Positions 1 to 10,884 of a stretch of 64,000 bases of DNA are shown piece by piece. Every line of letters begins with the position of its first letter. Position 1 is the first letter of the stretch. Source of the stretch: Fidelibacterota bacterium (GTDB taxonomy: Bacteria > Fidelibacterota > Marinisomatia > Marinisomatales > TCS55); NCBI GenBank assembly GCA_046861615.1, contig JBHHUS010000002.1, forward strand, positions 473 to 64,472, given 5' to 3'. The notes below the pieces were generated by a model. That model had not been told where the DNA came from. It saw only the letters and a list, made by a program, of their open reading frames with translations, and did not search any database. Position numbers and translations under genes: made by a program.

Positions 1-108
1 AGCTTTTTAATGGTCCTGCGCTCTGATTTCATTCCTGATATTCGCTTAAACTAATACTTTATATTAGTTAAGAAACTATGTTCAAACAAGGTTTTTGCGA
101 ACTACGAT

Positions 109-1227
109 CTATTCAGCAATCGCCTGTTCCGGGGCCGTGTATTCCAGATCAAAAGCCGCTGCTACCCCAGCATGGGTTATCTGCTGCCGGTAGATATTCA
201 AACCCTTTAATAAGCCGGAATCATTCCGCAGGGCCGGCAGAATACCGGAATTAGCCAGTTTCTGCACGTAGGGATTAGTGGAATTGGTCAGGGCCGTGGT
301 GGAAGTAAAGGGAACGGCGCCGGGCATATTAGCCACACAATAGTGAATGACACCCTCCACTTCGTAAATGGGATCTTCGTGCGTGGTTGGTTTACAGGTT
401 TCGATGCAACCGCCCTGGTCCACGGCCACATCCACGATTACAGAACCGGGTTTCATCAGTTTCAGCATTTCCCGGGTAACCAGTTTCGGCGCTTTGGACC
501 CCACAATCAGCACGGCTCCCACTAACAAATCGGTCTGTTTCAACAATTCATTAATATTGTAGCGGTTACTGAAGATAGTGCGCACATTTTTAGGCATAAT
601 TTCGTCCAGATAACGCAGGCGGTTAATATTCACATCCAGCAGAAAGACATTGGCGCCCAGTCCCGCGGCGATCAGGGCGGCATTGGTACCCACCACGCCG
701 GCGCCGAGAATCGTGACTGTTCCCGGAGCTACACCCGGAACGCCACCTAACAGAATGCCGTGGCCTCCCTGGGCTTTTTCCAGATATTTGGCTCCTTCCT
801 GAACGGCCATGCGCCCGGCCACTTCGCTCATGGGAATCAATAACGGTAAGGAACCGTCCTCGAGCATGATCGTTTCATAAGCGATGGCGGTGGAACCGGT
901 ATCGCGGAATGACAAGGTCAGTGCCCGGTCGGCCGCAAAGTGAAAATAGGTGAACAGGGTCAGGTCCGGGTGGCACATTTCAATTTCCTGGGGTTGTGGT
1001 TCCTTCACCTTTACAACCAACTCCGACTGTCGGAAGATCTCCGCCGGTTTATCCACGATTTTACAGTTCACAGCGGAATAGTCTGCATCCGGGAAACCAC
1101 TGGGCACACCGGCACCCTTTTCTACCAGCACCTGATGACCGGCCCGGGTCAGATCCAGTGCCAGGTGCGGCGTCAGGGCCACCCGGTTTTCATTTTTCTT
1201 GATCTCTTTAGGAACCCCGATAATCAT
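109..1227 (-). CDS. ald: Alanine dehydrogenase
   Basis: 372-aa ORF. N-terminus [20 protein letters not shown] and the GAGVVG dinucleotide-binding motif are typical of the AlaDH/PNT family. Confidence 0.9.
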   Translation of the reverse strand: MIIGVPKEIKKNENRVALTPHLALDLTRAGHQVLVEKGAGVPSGFPDADYSAVNCKIVDKPAEIFRQSELVVKVKEPQPQEIEMCHPDLTLFTYFHFAADRALTLSFRDTGSTAIAYETIMLEDGSLPLLIPMSEVAGRMAVQEGAKYLEKAQGGHGILLGGVPGVAPGTVTILGAGVVGTNAALIAAGLGANVFLLDVNINRLRYLDEIMPKNVRTIFSNRYNINELLKQTDLLVGAVLIVGSKAPKLVTREMLKLMKPGSVIVDVAVDQGGCIETCKPTTHEDPIYEVEGVIHYCVANMPGAVPFTSTTALTNSTNPYVQKLANSGILPALRNDSGLLKGLNIYRQQITHAGVAAAFDLEYTAPEQAIAE

Positions 1228-1242
1228 TTCGTCCCCTCTCGA

Positions 1243-3420
1243 TTAGTATCGTTTTTTCCTGAAATTTCCCCGGTCGTGACGTGGTCCACGGGATTGGCGA
1301 TCGTGCTGTTGGCGCTGATCGTCACCACGGTTCGATTCATGTCCCTCGGGCTTTGGTAATAGTACTTTCCGGCTGAAATCGTACCGTCCCTGGTCATCGA
1401 CCCTGATCAAGCGCACCTTGACCTTATCCCCCGTTCTGACCACGTCCTCCACCTTCCCGACTCGGTGCCATTCTAACTCGGAAATGTGGATCAATCCCTC
1501 CCGGCCCGGCGCAAATTCCACAAAGGCACCAAAGGTCATAATCCGGGTGATGGTGCCGTCAAATTCCATTCCAACTTCCGGCTCCAGGGTAATGGCCCGG
1601 ATTAACTCCAGGGCATCGTTGCATTTATCCAGGTCAGGGCTGGAAATAGTCACTACACCCGAATCATCCACGTCAATCTGACATTCTGTGTCGGCGATGA
1701 TCTTTTTAATCGTCTTTCCGCCCGGTCCGATCAATCCGCCAATTTTTTCAGGATTGATCTGCAGGCTGAGGATCTTCGGTGCGTAAGGTGAAATTTTCAT
1801 CGGCTGAGGAATCGCTTCGTACATCAGGTCCAGAATATGATTCCGGCCGGCTTTAGCCTGTTCCAGGGCTTCCGTCAACAGTTCAAAGGACAAGCCTTCG
1901 ATTTTCAAATCCAGTTGAATGGCGGTAATGCCTTCCCGGGTACCGGCAACCTTGAAATCCATATCCCCCATATGGTCTTCCGCTCCCAGAATATCACTCA
2001 GGATGGCATGGCGGTCACCGTCGGTAACCAGACCCATGGCAATTCCCGCCACATGCCCTTTGGTGGGCGCCCCGGCATTCATCAGGGCCAGGGATCCGCC
2101 ACAGACTGTAGCCATGGAGGAAGAACCGTTGGATTCCAGGATTTCAGACACGATTCTGATGGTGTAGGGAAAATCATCATATGAGGGTAACACCCGTTTA
2201 AGGGAGCGTTCGGCTAAATTCCCATGGCCGATTTCCCGGCGGCTGGTGAACCCGATCCGGCCGGTTTCACCGACGCAGTAAGGTGGGAAATTATAATGCA
2301 GCATGAACCGTTTTTTGTAATCCTCGTCCATCCGGTCAATGATCTGTTCGTCACTCCGGGTTCCCAGCGTCAGAACTGCCAAAGCCTGGGTTTCACCCCG
2401 GGTGAACAGGGCGGAACCGTGGGTGCGGGGCAGAAAGTTCACATCAATCGTGATCGGGCGGATTTCATCGGTCTTGCGGCCGTCGCTCCGTACACCCCTG
2501 TCAAGGATCTGCTCCCGGAAAGCGGCTTTAAACTGGTCGCTTACCAGCGATTTGATTAATTTTTCCGCTTCAGGGAATTGTTCCGCCAGTTTCTGCTGAA
2601 CAGTCTCGTGTAGCTCAGCGGTGGCATCTTCCCGTTCCTTTTTATCGGCAATCTGAATAACTCGCTCAATATCTTTCAGGGCCAGTTCAGTCACTGCCTT
2701 TTCCAGGTCGGGATCACTTCCATCCGCCGGAATCTCCCGTTTTACAATCTCACATTCGGCAATAATCTTTTTCTGCAGGTCAATAATCTGTCGAATGTAC
2801 TGATGGGCGAATTTCAGTCCTTCCACCAGCGTTTCTTCAGCAATGTTATCGGCTTCCCCTTCTACCATTACAACCGTCTGCTCATTGCCCGAAACCACTA
2901 ATTCCATTGCGGAAGATTCAATCTGCGTCCGGGTGGGATTAATGACATACTTCCCGTTCAGTTGACCAACCCGTACTGTGGCAATGGGACCGTTCCAGGG
3001 GATGTTGGAAATCATCAGGGCACAGGAGGCCCCGATCCCGGCTAATACATCAGCCAGATTTTCCCCGTCACTTGAAAGGGTGGTTACAATAACCTGGGTT
3101 TCATATTTAAAGCTTTTGGGGAACAGCGGCCGAATTGGACGGTCGGTTAAACGACTGGTCAATATTTCTGATTCTGCCGGACGTCCTTCCCGTTTAAAAA
3201 ATCCGCCCGGTATTTTACCACCGGCGTAATGCCGTTCCCGGTATTCTACTTGTAACGGGAAAAAATCAATGTCTTCCCTGATTTCATTGGCAGAATTAAC
3301 CGCTGCCAGAATTGAGGTTTCTCCATAGGTCACCATGACTGAGCCGGCCGATTGCTTGGCCACCTTCCCAGTCATAATCGACAAGGTGCGACCCCCAATT
3401 TCAATTTCGTGTTTTACCAT
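1243..3420 (-). CDS. pnp: Polynucleotide phosphorylase
   Basis: 725-aa ORF with two RNase PH-like halves, a KH motif (GPGGKTIKKI), an S1 domain (GTITRIMTFGAFVEF) and an Arg-rich tail. It lies directly after rpsO, the usual arrangement. Confidence 0.97.
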   Translation of the reverse strand: MVKHEIEIGGRTLSIMTGKVAKQSAGSVMVTYGETSILAAVNSANEIREDIDFFPLQVEYRERHYAGGKIPGGFFKREGRPAESEILTSRLTDRPIRPLFPKSFKYETQVIVTTLSSDGENLADVLAGIGASCALMISNIPWNGPIATVRVGQLNGKYVINPTRTQIESSAMELVVSGNEQTVVMVEGEADNIAEETLVEGLKFAHQYIRQIIDLQKKIIAECEIVKREIPADGSDPDLEKAVTELALKDIERVIQIADKKEREDATAELHETVQQKLAEQFPEAEKLIKSLVSDQFKAAFREQILDRGVRSDGRKTDEIRPITIDVNFLPRTHGSALFTRGETQALAVLTLGTRSDEQIIDRMDEDYKKRFMLHYNFPPYCVGETGRIGFTSRREIGHGNLAERSLKRVLPSYDDFPYTIRIVSEILESNGSSSMATVCGGSLALMNAGAPTKGHVAGIAMGLVTDGDRHAILSDILGAEDHMGDMDFKVAGTREGITAIQLDLKIEGLSFELLTEALEQAKAGRNHILDLMYEAIPQPMKISPYAPKILSLQINPEKIGGLIGPGGKTIKKIIADTECQIDVDDSGVVTISSPDLDKCNDALELIRAITLEPEVGMEFDGTITRIMTFGAFVEFAPGREGLIHISELEWHRVGKVEDVVRTGDKVKVRLIRVDDQGRYDFSRKVLLPKPEGHESNRGDDQRQQHDRQSRGPRHDRGNFRKKRY

Positions 3421-3445
3421 TTTTTCCTTCTATCGTATTTCGTAT

Positions 3446-3718
3446 TTATGATCGGCGAATTGCCAATTTGTCGGTTATCGCCAAATATCCATTCGGATTT
3501 GTCTTGCGCAGATATTTCAACAATTTTTTCCGTTGAGCTACCAACATTACCAGGCCGCGACGTGAGTGACGGTCTTTTTTATTTCGTTTCACGTGCTCGG
3601 TCAATTCGCGAACCCGATGGGTTAATAAGGCCACCTGGACCTCGGTCGATCCTGAATCCTGACCAGTTTTTCCAAATTCCTTAATGATTTCCTGAGTTTT
3701 TTCCTTGCTCAGTGACAT
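3446..3718 (-). CDS. rpsO: 30S ribosomal protein S15
   Basis: 90-aa ORF with GSTEVQVALLT...HLK.NKKD.HSRRGL, typical of S15. AGGAGG lies upstream of the ATG. Confidence 0.95.
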   Translation of the reverse strand: MSLSKEKTQEIIKEFGKTGQDSGSTEVQVALLTHRVRELTEHVKRNKKDRHSRRGLVMLVAQRKKLLKYLRKTNPNGYLAITDKLAIRRS

Positions 3719-3726
3719 AAAGCCTC

Positions 3727-4662
3727 CTAATTGTATTTCTTTAATAATTGCATGCAGATTTCACGATCCTGCTTCAACTGTTTGATTAATTGTTCCTTTG
3801 AGGGAAATTTTATTTCATCACGAATTCTTTCCAGAAACTCCACTGTAATCACCTGTCCCTGCAAATCCTTTAGATTGGCATCAAAAAAATGAACTTCCAT
3901 AACAAAATCCTTTTCACCAAAGGTTGGGCGAACACCCAAATTACACATTCCATATAGATTATTCCCATTAATCCTTCCCCTGGTCAAATAGACGCCATTG
4001 GAGGGGCACAATTGATTTTCATCCTCGGGAACAAAGTTCGCCGTGGGAAAGGACAGGGACATCCCCCGACCGGCTCCCGTCACCACCTTAGCCTTAAAGC
4101 CGTAAACCCAGCCCAATTCAAATGAAGCCCGGCGAATATAGCCGGCCTTGATCAATTCCCGGATATGAGTGCTGGAAATGGCGATATTTGCATCGCGAAA
4201 TGGTTTCACCACTTCCAGAGTGAAATTATGCGTTCGGGCAAGCCGGGTTAAAAATTCAGGGGAGCCCTCCCGGTTATGGCCGAAATGATGGTCATAGCCC
4301 ACAATCAGATGGCGTGGATGTAATTTTTCGACGATAATGTCGCTAATAAAAGCTTCTGCCGGCAGGCGGGAAAATTCTTCTGTAAAAGGAATGACAATCA
4401 CCATATCCAGACTGAGGGATTCCAGGAATTCCAACTTCTTTTCAATTGTCATTAACATCGGGAGTTTGGACCCCTGGTCCAGAACATGACGGGGATGGGG
4501 ATCGAAAGTAATTAATACCGCTTTGGTTTTCAGGGAATGGGCCACTGTAATTACTTTTTTCACGATTTCCTGGTGCCCCCGGTGAAGTCCGTCGAAGGTA
4601 CCAATGGTAACCACACTGTCCGGAACTGTTGGAATATCGGCTATACGGCGGTAGATATCCAT
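3727..4662 (-). CDS. ribF: Bifunctional riboflavin kinase / FMN adenylyltransferase
   Basis: 311-aa ORF. GTFDGLHRGHQ nucleotidyltransferase motif at the N-terminus and a riboflavin-kinase-like C-terminal half (PTANF...). Confidence 0.92.
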   Translation of the reverse strand: MDIYRRIADIPTVPDSVVTIGTFDGLHRGHQEIVKKVITVAHSLKTKAVLITFDPHPRHVLDQGSKLPMLMTIEKKLEFLESLSLDMVIVIPFTEEFSRLPAEAFISDIIVEKLHPRHLIVGYDHHFGHNREGSPEFLTRLARTHNFTLEVVKPFRDANIAISSTHIRELIKAGYIRRASFELGWVYGFKAKVVTGAGRGMSLSFPTANFVPEDENQLCPSNGVYLTRGRINGNNLYGMCNLGVRPTFGEKDFVMEVHFFDANLKDLQGQVITVEFLERIRDEIKFPSKEQLIKQLKQDREICMQLLKKYN

Positions 4663-5294
4663 GAATCCTGAAATGCCTCAATAGTAAATGAATCTTCAAT
4701 CCGGTATTCACCGACAGAAAGTCGTCTCAGGGCGACCAGGTGCCCGACGGTACCCAGTTTCCGGGCGATATCATTCCCCAGGACCCGGATATAGGTTCCC
4801 TTGGAACAGGATACTGAAAAATGGATCCGGGGTAATTCCACCCCTAATAATTCGATGTCGTAGATATTGATTTTACAGGGGTCCCGTTTTACGGTCAGGT
4901 TTTTCCGGGCCAGTTTATACAGGGGTACACCCTTCACTTTTTTAGCGGAATACATGGGCGGTATCTGGGATTGTTCTCCCCGGAACGACTCTAAAACGGC
5001 TTTTATCTTTTCCTGATCCAGCAGTGGAACAACCGCTTTTTCAGTAATTGTCCCTTCCAAATCCATTGTATCGGTGGCAATACCCAAATACATAGTTGCC
5101 TGGTACTGTTTTCGGGAACTGCTGATTTCACCAAGGCGCTTCGTATCGGTGCCCGTACCAACGATAAGTACGCCTTCTGCGAAAGGGTCCAGCGTACCAC
5201 CGTGGCCGACTTTTTTCTCCCGGGTGATTATTCGGACCTTTTTAACCACATCAAAGGAAGTCCAACCGCCTGGTTTATACATATTTAAAATCAT
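4641..5294 (-). CDS. truB: tRNA pseudouridine-55 synthase (short form, no obvious PUA domain)
   Basis: 217-aa ORF with the catalytic motif GHGGTLDPFAEGVL. It sits in the conserved position between rbfA and ribF. Confidence 0.9.
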   Translation of the reverse strand: MILNMYKPGGWTSFDVVKKVRIITREKKVGHGGTLDPFAEGVLIVGTGTDTKRLGEISSSRKQYQATMYLGIATDTMDLEGTITEKAVVPLLDQEKIKAVLESFRGEQSQIPPMYSAKKVKGVPLYKLARKNLTVKRDPCKINIYDIELLGVELPRIHFSVSCSKGTYIRVLGNDIARKLGTVGHLVALRRLSVGEYRIEDSFTIEAFQDSWISTAV

Positions 5295-5328
5295 GATCGC
5301 CGGTTGAGGTTCGGTTTAAAAATGTCCA

Positions 5329-5703
5329 CTAATCCTCTGTTTCACTGGAGGAATGGGAAATTTCCCGAAACAGGACAACCAGTTTTTGAGTGTATTCATA
5401 AGTATCGTCAAAAATAAATTTCAGTTCAGGCGTAAATTTGGTTCGTAATTCCTGACCTAAATATTTCCTGAATTTTTTCCCCAAGCGGTTCATTTCATGT
5501 ACGATCGATTTCTGATTCTGTTTTGGTTTAACAACACTGAAATAAACCTTAGCGTTCCGAATATCGGTGGAAACTTCTACCTGCGTAAAAGTGATAAATC
5601 CAAGGTGGGATAAATCAATAGATTCAGTCTGGATAGACCCAAGGATGTGCAGAATTTCGTTGGCAACCCGGTCTGTCCGTTTATAGGGTCGAAATGATTT
5701 CAA
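5329..5703 (-). CDS. rbfA: Ribosome-binding factor A
   Basis: 124-aa ORF. R..RV...I...L..I and the FITFT.VEVS.D...A.VYFS pattern are present. It overlaps the infB stop by 4 nt. Confidence 0.85.
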   Translation of the reverse strand: MKSFRPYKRTDRVANEILHILGSIQTESIDLSHLGFITFTQVEVSTDIRNAKVYFSVVKPKQNQKSIVHEMNRLGKKFRKYLGQELRTKFTPELKFIFDDTYEYTQKLVVLFREISHSSSETED

Positions 5704-8171
5704 TTTGATTCAAGTGTTCGCTTTACTGATTGAATTTCAAAACAAACAATTGTGTCGCCCTCTTTAAAATCCTTCACACCCTCAATCCCGATGCCGCATT
5801 CCAGACCTTCCTTGACCTCCCTGGCATCATCCTTGAAGCGTTTTAAGGAAATGATTTCACCATGCCCGATCTCTTCTTCATCCCGAATGACCCGAGCCTG
5901 GGAGCTGCGAATAATGGACCCTTCCGTAACCCTGGATCCAGCAATCAACCCTAATTTGGGGATTTTAAAGGAAGCTTGAACCACGGCGCGGCCTAACTGT
6001 TTTTCTAGCAGTTCCGGTTCCAGGAGACCTTCCATGGCCAGTTTAACATCTTCCATGGCATTGTAAATCACGGAATAGGAACGGATTTCCACTCCTTCCT
6101 GCTTTGCCTGCAGCCGGGCATTAGATGAAACCTGTACATTAAACCCGATAATAACCGCATTGGAGGCGGCTGCCAGCAACACATCGGATTCGGAAATCAT
6201 TCCCACTGCTTTGTGGATCACCTGAACACCTACCTCAGAGGTGCTTAATTTTTCCAGCGCTTCCGATAAGGCATCAATTGAACCATCCACGTCCCCCTTA
6301 ATAATGATGGTCAATTTTTTTATGGCCCCTTCTTTGATCATGGCAGACATGGTATCGAGGGACTGGGTCTTTATTTTCTTTCGTTCAATTTCCCGTTTGA
6401 TCCGCTGTCGTTCATTAGCAATCCGCTTTAATTCATGCTCGTCTTTAACTACGGCAAAAATGTCAGCTGATTGGGGTACCCGGTCAAATCCCAATACCTG
6501 AATGGCATCAGAAGGACCGGCCTCTTTGATTCGCTGTCCCCGTTCATTCAACAAGGCCCTGACCTTACCGGCAATATTATTGCAAATGAAGGGATCGCCA
6601 ACATTCAAAACGCCCTTCTGGATTAGAACCGTGGCAATCGGTCCGTGTCCCTTGTCCAGACGGGAATCGATAATAGTTCCCCTGGCGGTAGTATCCCGGT
6701 TAGCTTTCAACTCCAGCATTTCCGCCTCAATTAGCATGGAGGCTAACAGATCGTCAACGCCGGCACCGGTTTTTGCTGAAATTGGTATCGCCTGAACTTT
6801 TCCACCCCAGTCTTCCACCAACACCCCGTGTTCTGATAATTCTCGTTTAATTCGATCCAGGTCAATATCGGGAAGGTCAATTTTATTGATGGCCACAATT
6901 ATTGGTACGTTGGCAGCTTTGGCGTGATTAATAGCCTCAATCGTTTGTGGCATTACACCGTCATTAGCAGCCACAACCAGAATAACAATATCGGTAACTT
7001 TGGCACCCCGGGCGCGCATGGCCGTAAAAGCCTCGTGTCCGGGCGTATCCAGAAAGGTGATATATTGCCCCGCAGGTAACTGAACCTTATAAGCGCCAAT
7101 ATGTTGAGTGATTCCGCCGGATTCACCCCCCACAACATTGGTTTTCCGGATGTAATCCAGTAATGATGTTTTTCCATGATCAACATGCCCCATGACCGTG
7201 ACAACCGGCGCCCGGGACTCACTTTTAGCAATATCCTCTTCTGTGTCTTCAAAGGAGAACAATTCTTCACCAATATCTTCCAGTTTTTCAGCCGTATAAT
7301 TGTATTCTCCCGCCAGGAGTTCAATGATATCCCAATCCAGGCGTTGGTTAATCGTGGCTAACACCCCCAGACCAATGCATTTCTGAATGATTTCATTTGG
7401 TTTTACGTCGAACAACTTGGCTATTTCATCCACGCTGGAGAATTCCGCAATTTTAATGGTTTGAGCTGCGTTTTCAACTGCTTCTTTTTGTTCTGCTTTA
7501 TCCTTTTTATAGACTTTCTTTTTACCTTTGACGTCCAACCTGGCAGTAATCTGCCGAACGGTTTCTTTGGCCGATTTTTGAGCTGCCGCATCCACCTTGT
7601 GGGGCCGCTCCCGTCGTCGCCGGGTTCCCTGCCCTACCTGTGCTTCAATTGAGGTCAGATCGATCCGTCTTAATTTTTTCTTGGTCTTTTTATCCCCGGT
7701 TTTATCAGCCTTCTTCTGCTCCTCTTCCGGTTGTTTTTCTTTCTTGACCGGTGGCTTGGAGTCAGTCTCTTTAACCAATTGTTGCGCTTTTTCCTCCTGC
7801 TCCCGTTGCTCCTGCTCGGCCTTCAACCGGGCCTCTTCGGCTTTCCGTTCCTCTTCCGCTTTCTGTTGTTCCAACTGTTCAAGCCGACGCTGCTCTTCCA
7901 ACGTCAATAATTTTAATTTCTTTCTTCCGATCTGCTGCTGCTTTAAACGAGTATCATGAATTTCACGACGAACTTGCTCTTTGCGGTAACGGTCAACAGA
8001 TTCCTTATCCTTGGCAAATTCGGTCAAAATCAGATGATAAGCATCCTCATTTACCGGTGACATATGACTGGCAACGGCAATTCCTTTACTTTTCAGGAAG
8101 GACACAATTTCCGTATGGGAAATATTTAATTCCTTGGCGATTTGAAATATTCTCATTGCTCGTTTTGCCAT
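5700..8171 (-). CDS. infB: Translation initiation factor IF-2
   Basis: 823-aa ORF. GTPase motifs [16 protein letters not shown] and NKID are present, with a Lys/Glu-rich N-terminal region. Confidence 0.97.
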   Translation of the reverse strand: MAKRAMRIFQIAKELNISHTEIVSFLKSKGIAVASHMSPVNEDAYHLILTEFAKDKESVDRYRKEQVRREIHDTRLKQQQIGRKKLKLLTLEEQRRLEQLEQQKAEEERKAEEARLKAEQEQREQEEKAQQLVKETDSKPPVKKEKQPEEEQKKADKTGDKKTKKKLRRIDLTSIEAQVGQGTRRRRERPHKVDAAAQKSAKETVRQITARLDVKGKKKVYKKDKAEQKEAVENAAQTIKIAEFSSVDEIAKLFDVKPNEIIQKCIGLGVLATINQRLDWDIIELLAGEYNYTAEKLEDIGEELFSFEDTEEDIAKSESRAPVVTVMGHVDHGKTSLLDYIRKTNVVGGESGGITQHIGAYKVQLPAGQYITFLDTPGHEAFTAMRARGAKVTDIVILVVAANDGVMPQTIEAINHAKAANVPIIVAINKIDLPDIDLDRIKRELSEHGVLVEDWGGKVQAIPISAKTGAGVDDLLASMLIEAEMLELKANRDTTARGTIIDSRLDKGHGPIATVLIQKGVLNVGDPFICNNIAGKVRALLNERGQRIKEAGPSDAIQVLGFDRVPQSADIFAVVKDEHELKRIANERQRIKREIERKKIKTQSLDTMSAMIKEGAIKKLTIIIKGDVDGSIDALSEALEKLSTSEVGVQVIHKAVGMISESDVLLAAASNAVIIGFNVQVSSNARLQAKQEGVEIRSYSVIYNAMEDVKLAMEGLLEPELLEKQLGRAVVQASFKIPKLGLIAGSRVTEGSIIRSSQARVIRDEEEIGHGEIISLKRFKDDAREVKEGLECGIGIEGVKDFKEGDTIVCFEIQSVKRTLESN

Positions 8172-8189
8172 GAATTAGTCACAATCTTT

Positions 8190-9500
8190 CTATACAATTT
8201 CTTCAACCGTTGTCCCTTCTTCCGGAACAGTTGCCGCCTGATTCGCTTTTTCGTTAGTCTCCACAAATGCCTGAACAGAATCATAAATCTTTTCGAGTGT
8301 CAATTCAGAGACCCCCTTGATTTTCAGTAATTTATCTTCATCTGATTTGAGTAAATCCGAAACATTCAGGACCCCGTTTTCAGATAATGGTTTCACGGCC
8401 CGGGCGGGAAAATTCGGAATATCAGCCAGGAGTGTATTTTGTTCGGTTTGTTTTCGTTCATATTCAATTTTTCCAAAGGCATCAATTCGATAACCAATGA
8501 CCCGGGAAGCCAGATTAATGTTAACTCCGCCCCTGCCGATTGCAGAGTCCAGTTCTTCATCATTAAAAATGGCAACACAGTATTTTTGATCGTCATCAAT
8601 ATAAAGATTCAACGGTTTGGCTGGTGACAACGCCCGGGAGATCAGAATTTCAGATTTCTCACTGAAATTGATGATATCAATTTTTTCGTTATTCAATTCC
8701 CTTACAATTGCCTGAATTCGACTTCCACGCATTCCCACACAAGCCCCTACGGGATCGATTCGGCGATCATGAGACTTAACAATGATCTTAGCCCGTTCAC
8801 CGGGGTGGCGGGCAATGGCGATGATTTCAATGACCCCATCCTCAATTTCAGGGACTTCCATTTCGAATAATTTGTAAAGAAAGTGGTTATCGCTGCGGGA
8901 TATAATAATATCCGGTCCGCGGGAGGAAACTTCAACAGATTTAATAATGGCCCGAATCGAATCACCCCGCCGGTAACGTTCCGAAAAAATCTGTTCCTTC
9001 CGGGGCATCCGCAATTCAGCGTGTTCAATATTTACAAAGACATTATCCCGCTGCACCTGATGAACGGTGCCGATGACGATTTCACCAACCCGCTGGGAAT
9101 AATCCTCGTAAATGTATTTTTTCTCGATATCCTGAATCCGCTGGGCAAAAAACTGTTTGGCCGTGTGGATGAGCCGCCGGCCAAAAATCGTCGGATCCAC
9201 TATCTCCACATAGGTATCACCAATCACTAGGTCGGTCAGTTCCGGATCCTTGGCCAATACATCGTCCAGGGTTATTTCACAGATCGGATCCTCGACCTCC
9301 TCAACAATTGTCCGTTCGGCGTAGATCTCAATTTCACCCTTATCAAGATTGACGATAACACTACAATTACTGGCATCACCGCGTTCCCTCTCAATCAGGT
9401 GTAAAAAAAGCTGTTCCAGGATGGATCCCAGCTCGGACCGCTCCACGTTTTTATCACGGGCGATCTCTGAAAATACTTCAATTAATTCCCGGTTAATCAA
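8190..9500 (-). CDS. nusA: Transcription termination/antitermination factor NusA
   Basis: 436-aa ORF with S1 and tandem KH regions (GACVGMRGSRIQ, IGRGGVNINLAS). Synteny is rimP-nusA-infB. Confidence 0.96.
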   Translation of the reverse strand: MINRELIEVFSEIARDKNVERSELGSILEQLFLHLIERERGDASNCSVIVNLDKGEIEIYAERTIVEEVEDPICEITLDDVLAKDPELTDLVIGDTYVEIVDPTIFGRRLIHTAKQFFAQRIQDIEKKYIYEDYSQRVGEIVIGTVHQVQRDNVFVNIEHAELRMPRKEQIFSERYRRGDSIRAIIKSVEVSSRGPDIIISRSDNHFLYKLFEMEVPEIEDGVIEIIAIARHPGERAKIIVKSHDRRIDPVGACVGMRGSRIQAIVRELNNEKIDIINFSEKSEILISRALSPAKPLNLYIDDDQKYCVAIFNDEELDSAIGRGGVNINLASRVIGYRIDAFGKIEYERKQTEQNTLLADIPNFPARAVKPLSENGVLNVSDLLKSDEDKLLKIKGVSELTLEKIYDSVQAFVETNEKANQAATVPEEGTTVEEIV

Positions 9501-9517
9501 AATGCCTCCACACAGAA

Positions 9518-9949
9518 TTATTTGAATTCAATAACAATTTTTGCCGTTTCAATCTGGTCGAATTTAATGTATTCTTTCCCGCCGGTTTTATCTTCACCGG
9601 TTAATCCGGTTTCATCAACATCAATTATTTTCACAGTATGACCCTGTAATTGATTAAGAAGTTTTAGTTCAATTTTCCGACCAATATTCTTTTCAAACTG
9701 GAACCGCTGCTTCAAGGGTGCCTCCAGCCCCGGTGAGGTCACCTCTAACTGATAACCATCTGGAAACACCTGATCCAGATAACCGGAATCCCGGACTGTC
9801 CGGGCTACGTCTGAAGTAGTATTGATTGTCATCGGTCGGATACTGTCAACTATCAGTTTTACACCAGGCCGATGTTGATTTTTAATGACATCCATCAGCA
9901 CCAAGTTCGGTGGCAATAGCGCTTCAAGCTTTTTTTTCATTTCATTCAT
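9518..9949 (-). CDS. rimP: Ribosome maturation factor RimP
   Basis: 143-aa ORF immediately upstream of nusA. The LEVSSPG-like motif (LEVTSPGLEAPL) is present. Confidence 0.8.
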   Translation of the reverse strand: MNEMKKKLEALLPPNLVLMDVIKNQHRPGVKLIVDSIRPMTINTTSDVARTVRDSGYLDQVFPDGYQLEVTSPGLEAPLKQRFQFEKNIGRKIELKLLNQLQGHTVKIIDVDETGLTGEDKTGGKEYIKFDQIETAKIVIEFK

Positions 9950-9963
9950 TTAGTCATGCCTTG

Positions 9964-9995
9964 ACAAAAGAAAAGTGGGTTGGGCAACCCACTTT
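9964..9995 (-). terminator. Rho-independent terminator after the TPR gene
   Basis: Perfect 10-bp inverted repeat AAAGTGGGTT/AACCCACTTT with a 4-nt loop, followed on the minus strand by TCTTTTGT. Confidence 0.7.
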
Positions 9996-10035
9996 CCAGT
10001 CCAGAAATTACTGCTTATTAAAGATCAATCAAAGG

Positions 10036-10728
10036 CTAATTGAGCGTATTTCCCTCCGACACTAAAAGGCCCTCCACAAATTCTGCATATTGTTTTAAAT
10101 CGAAATTTTCATCCCACTCCGCTAATACATCAGCAATAAGTTTTTTCGCTTCATTCTGGTTGCCGTTAAGAATATCCAGTTTTGCCAATGACAAAGAAGC
10201 CCAGGCCGCTTCCTCCCTGGAATTAGTGTATTTTAATGCTTTCCGCTGATATTTAATGGCGGTCTTCAGATCGCCGCTGTCCTGGTAAATATTTGATAAG
10301 ACCTGATAAGCCGATCCTTTCAGCAACTGGTTACCAGACCGGTCGATGAATTCCTCCAGCAGTGGTTTAGCCAATTCATAATCACCCCAGTCAAAATAGA
10401 CTTTTGCGAGGTAATAGCGGGCGTTATTTCCTGCCAGTGTAGCGGGATATTCGTCAATGACATCCTGTAGATATAGGATTGAATTATCATCATCCCCCAG
10501 ATCAATGTAGATCATGGCCTTACCCAAAGCGACATTCGCTTCCTCCCGGTTAGCCCGGGTGTTCTGCAGGAAAAGGGTTCCGATAATAAATACAAACAGC
10601 GCACCTAATAAAATCCGGGTATAAAACTTGCGATTTTCCGTCAGGTTATGACGAACTGAAAATATCGTCTCAAGGAACGGATCACGTTTAATTTCTTTCC
10701 GGGTTAATTTCTTTTTCGGTTTCAGCAT
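10036..10728 (-). CDS. Membrane-anchored tetratricopeptide-repeat protein (YfgM-like architecture)
   Basis: 230-aa ORF with one N-terminal TM helix (ILLGALFVFIIGTLFL) followed by TPR-like A/Y/L repeats. Confidence 0.65.
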   Translation of the reverse strand: MLKPKKKLTRKEIKRDPFLETIFSVRHNLTENRKFYTRILLGALFVFIIGTLFLQNTRANREEANVALGKAMIYIDLGDDDNSILYLQDVIDEYPATLAGNNARYYLAKVYFDWGDYELAKPLLEEFIDRSGNQLLKGSAYQVLSNIYQDSGDLKTAIKYQRKALKYTNSREEAAWASLSLAKLDILNGNQNEAKKLIADVLAEWDENFDLKQYAEFVEGLLVSEGNTLN

Positions 10729-10760
10729 TTTATTTTTTTCTTTCTAATTAGCGTTTTCTG

Positions 10761-10832
10761 TACCCTTGGCAGGAATCGAACCTACATCTAATCCTTAGGA
10801 GGGATTTGTTCTATCCGTTGAACTACAAGGGC
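10761..10832 (-). tRNA. tRNA-Arg (anticodon CCT)
   Basis: A 72-nt cloverleaf folded by hand: acceptor GCCCTTG/CAAGGGT (G1-U72 wobble), anticodon stem AATCC/GGATT with loop CTCCTAA, and T-loop TTCGATT. No encoded CCA. Confidence 0.85.
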
Positions 10833-10884
10833 AATCGGTAAAATTACTGCTTTTTATTATTGCGGAAAAAGCGAGAAAATACGG

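Noticed and set aside
7597-7959. 120-aa plus-strand ORF rich in Ser/Cys/Phe inside infB
   Set aside because: It is the antisense frame of the Lys/Glu-rich N-terminal region of IF-2, a compositional artefact.
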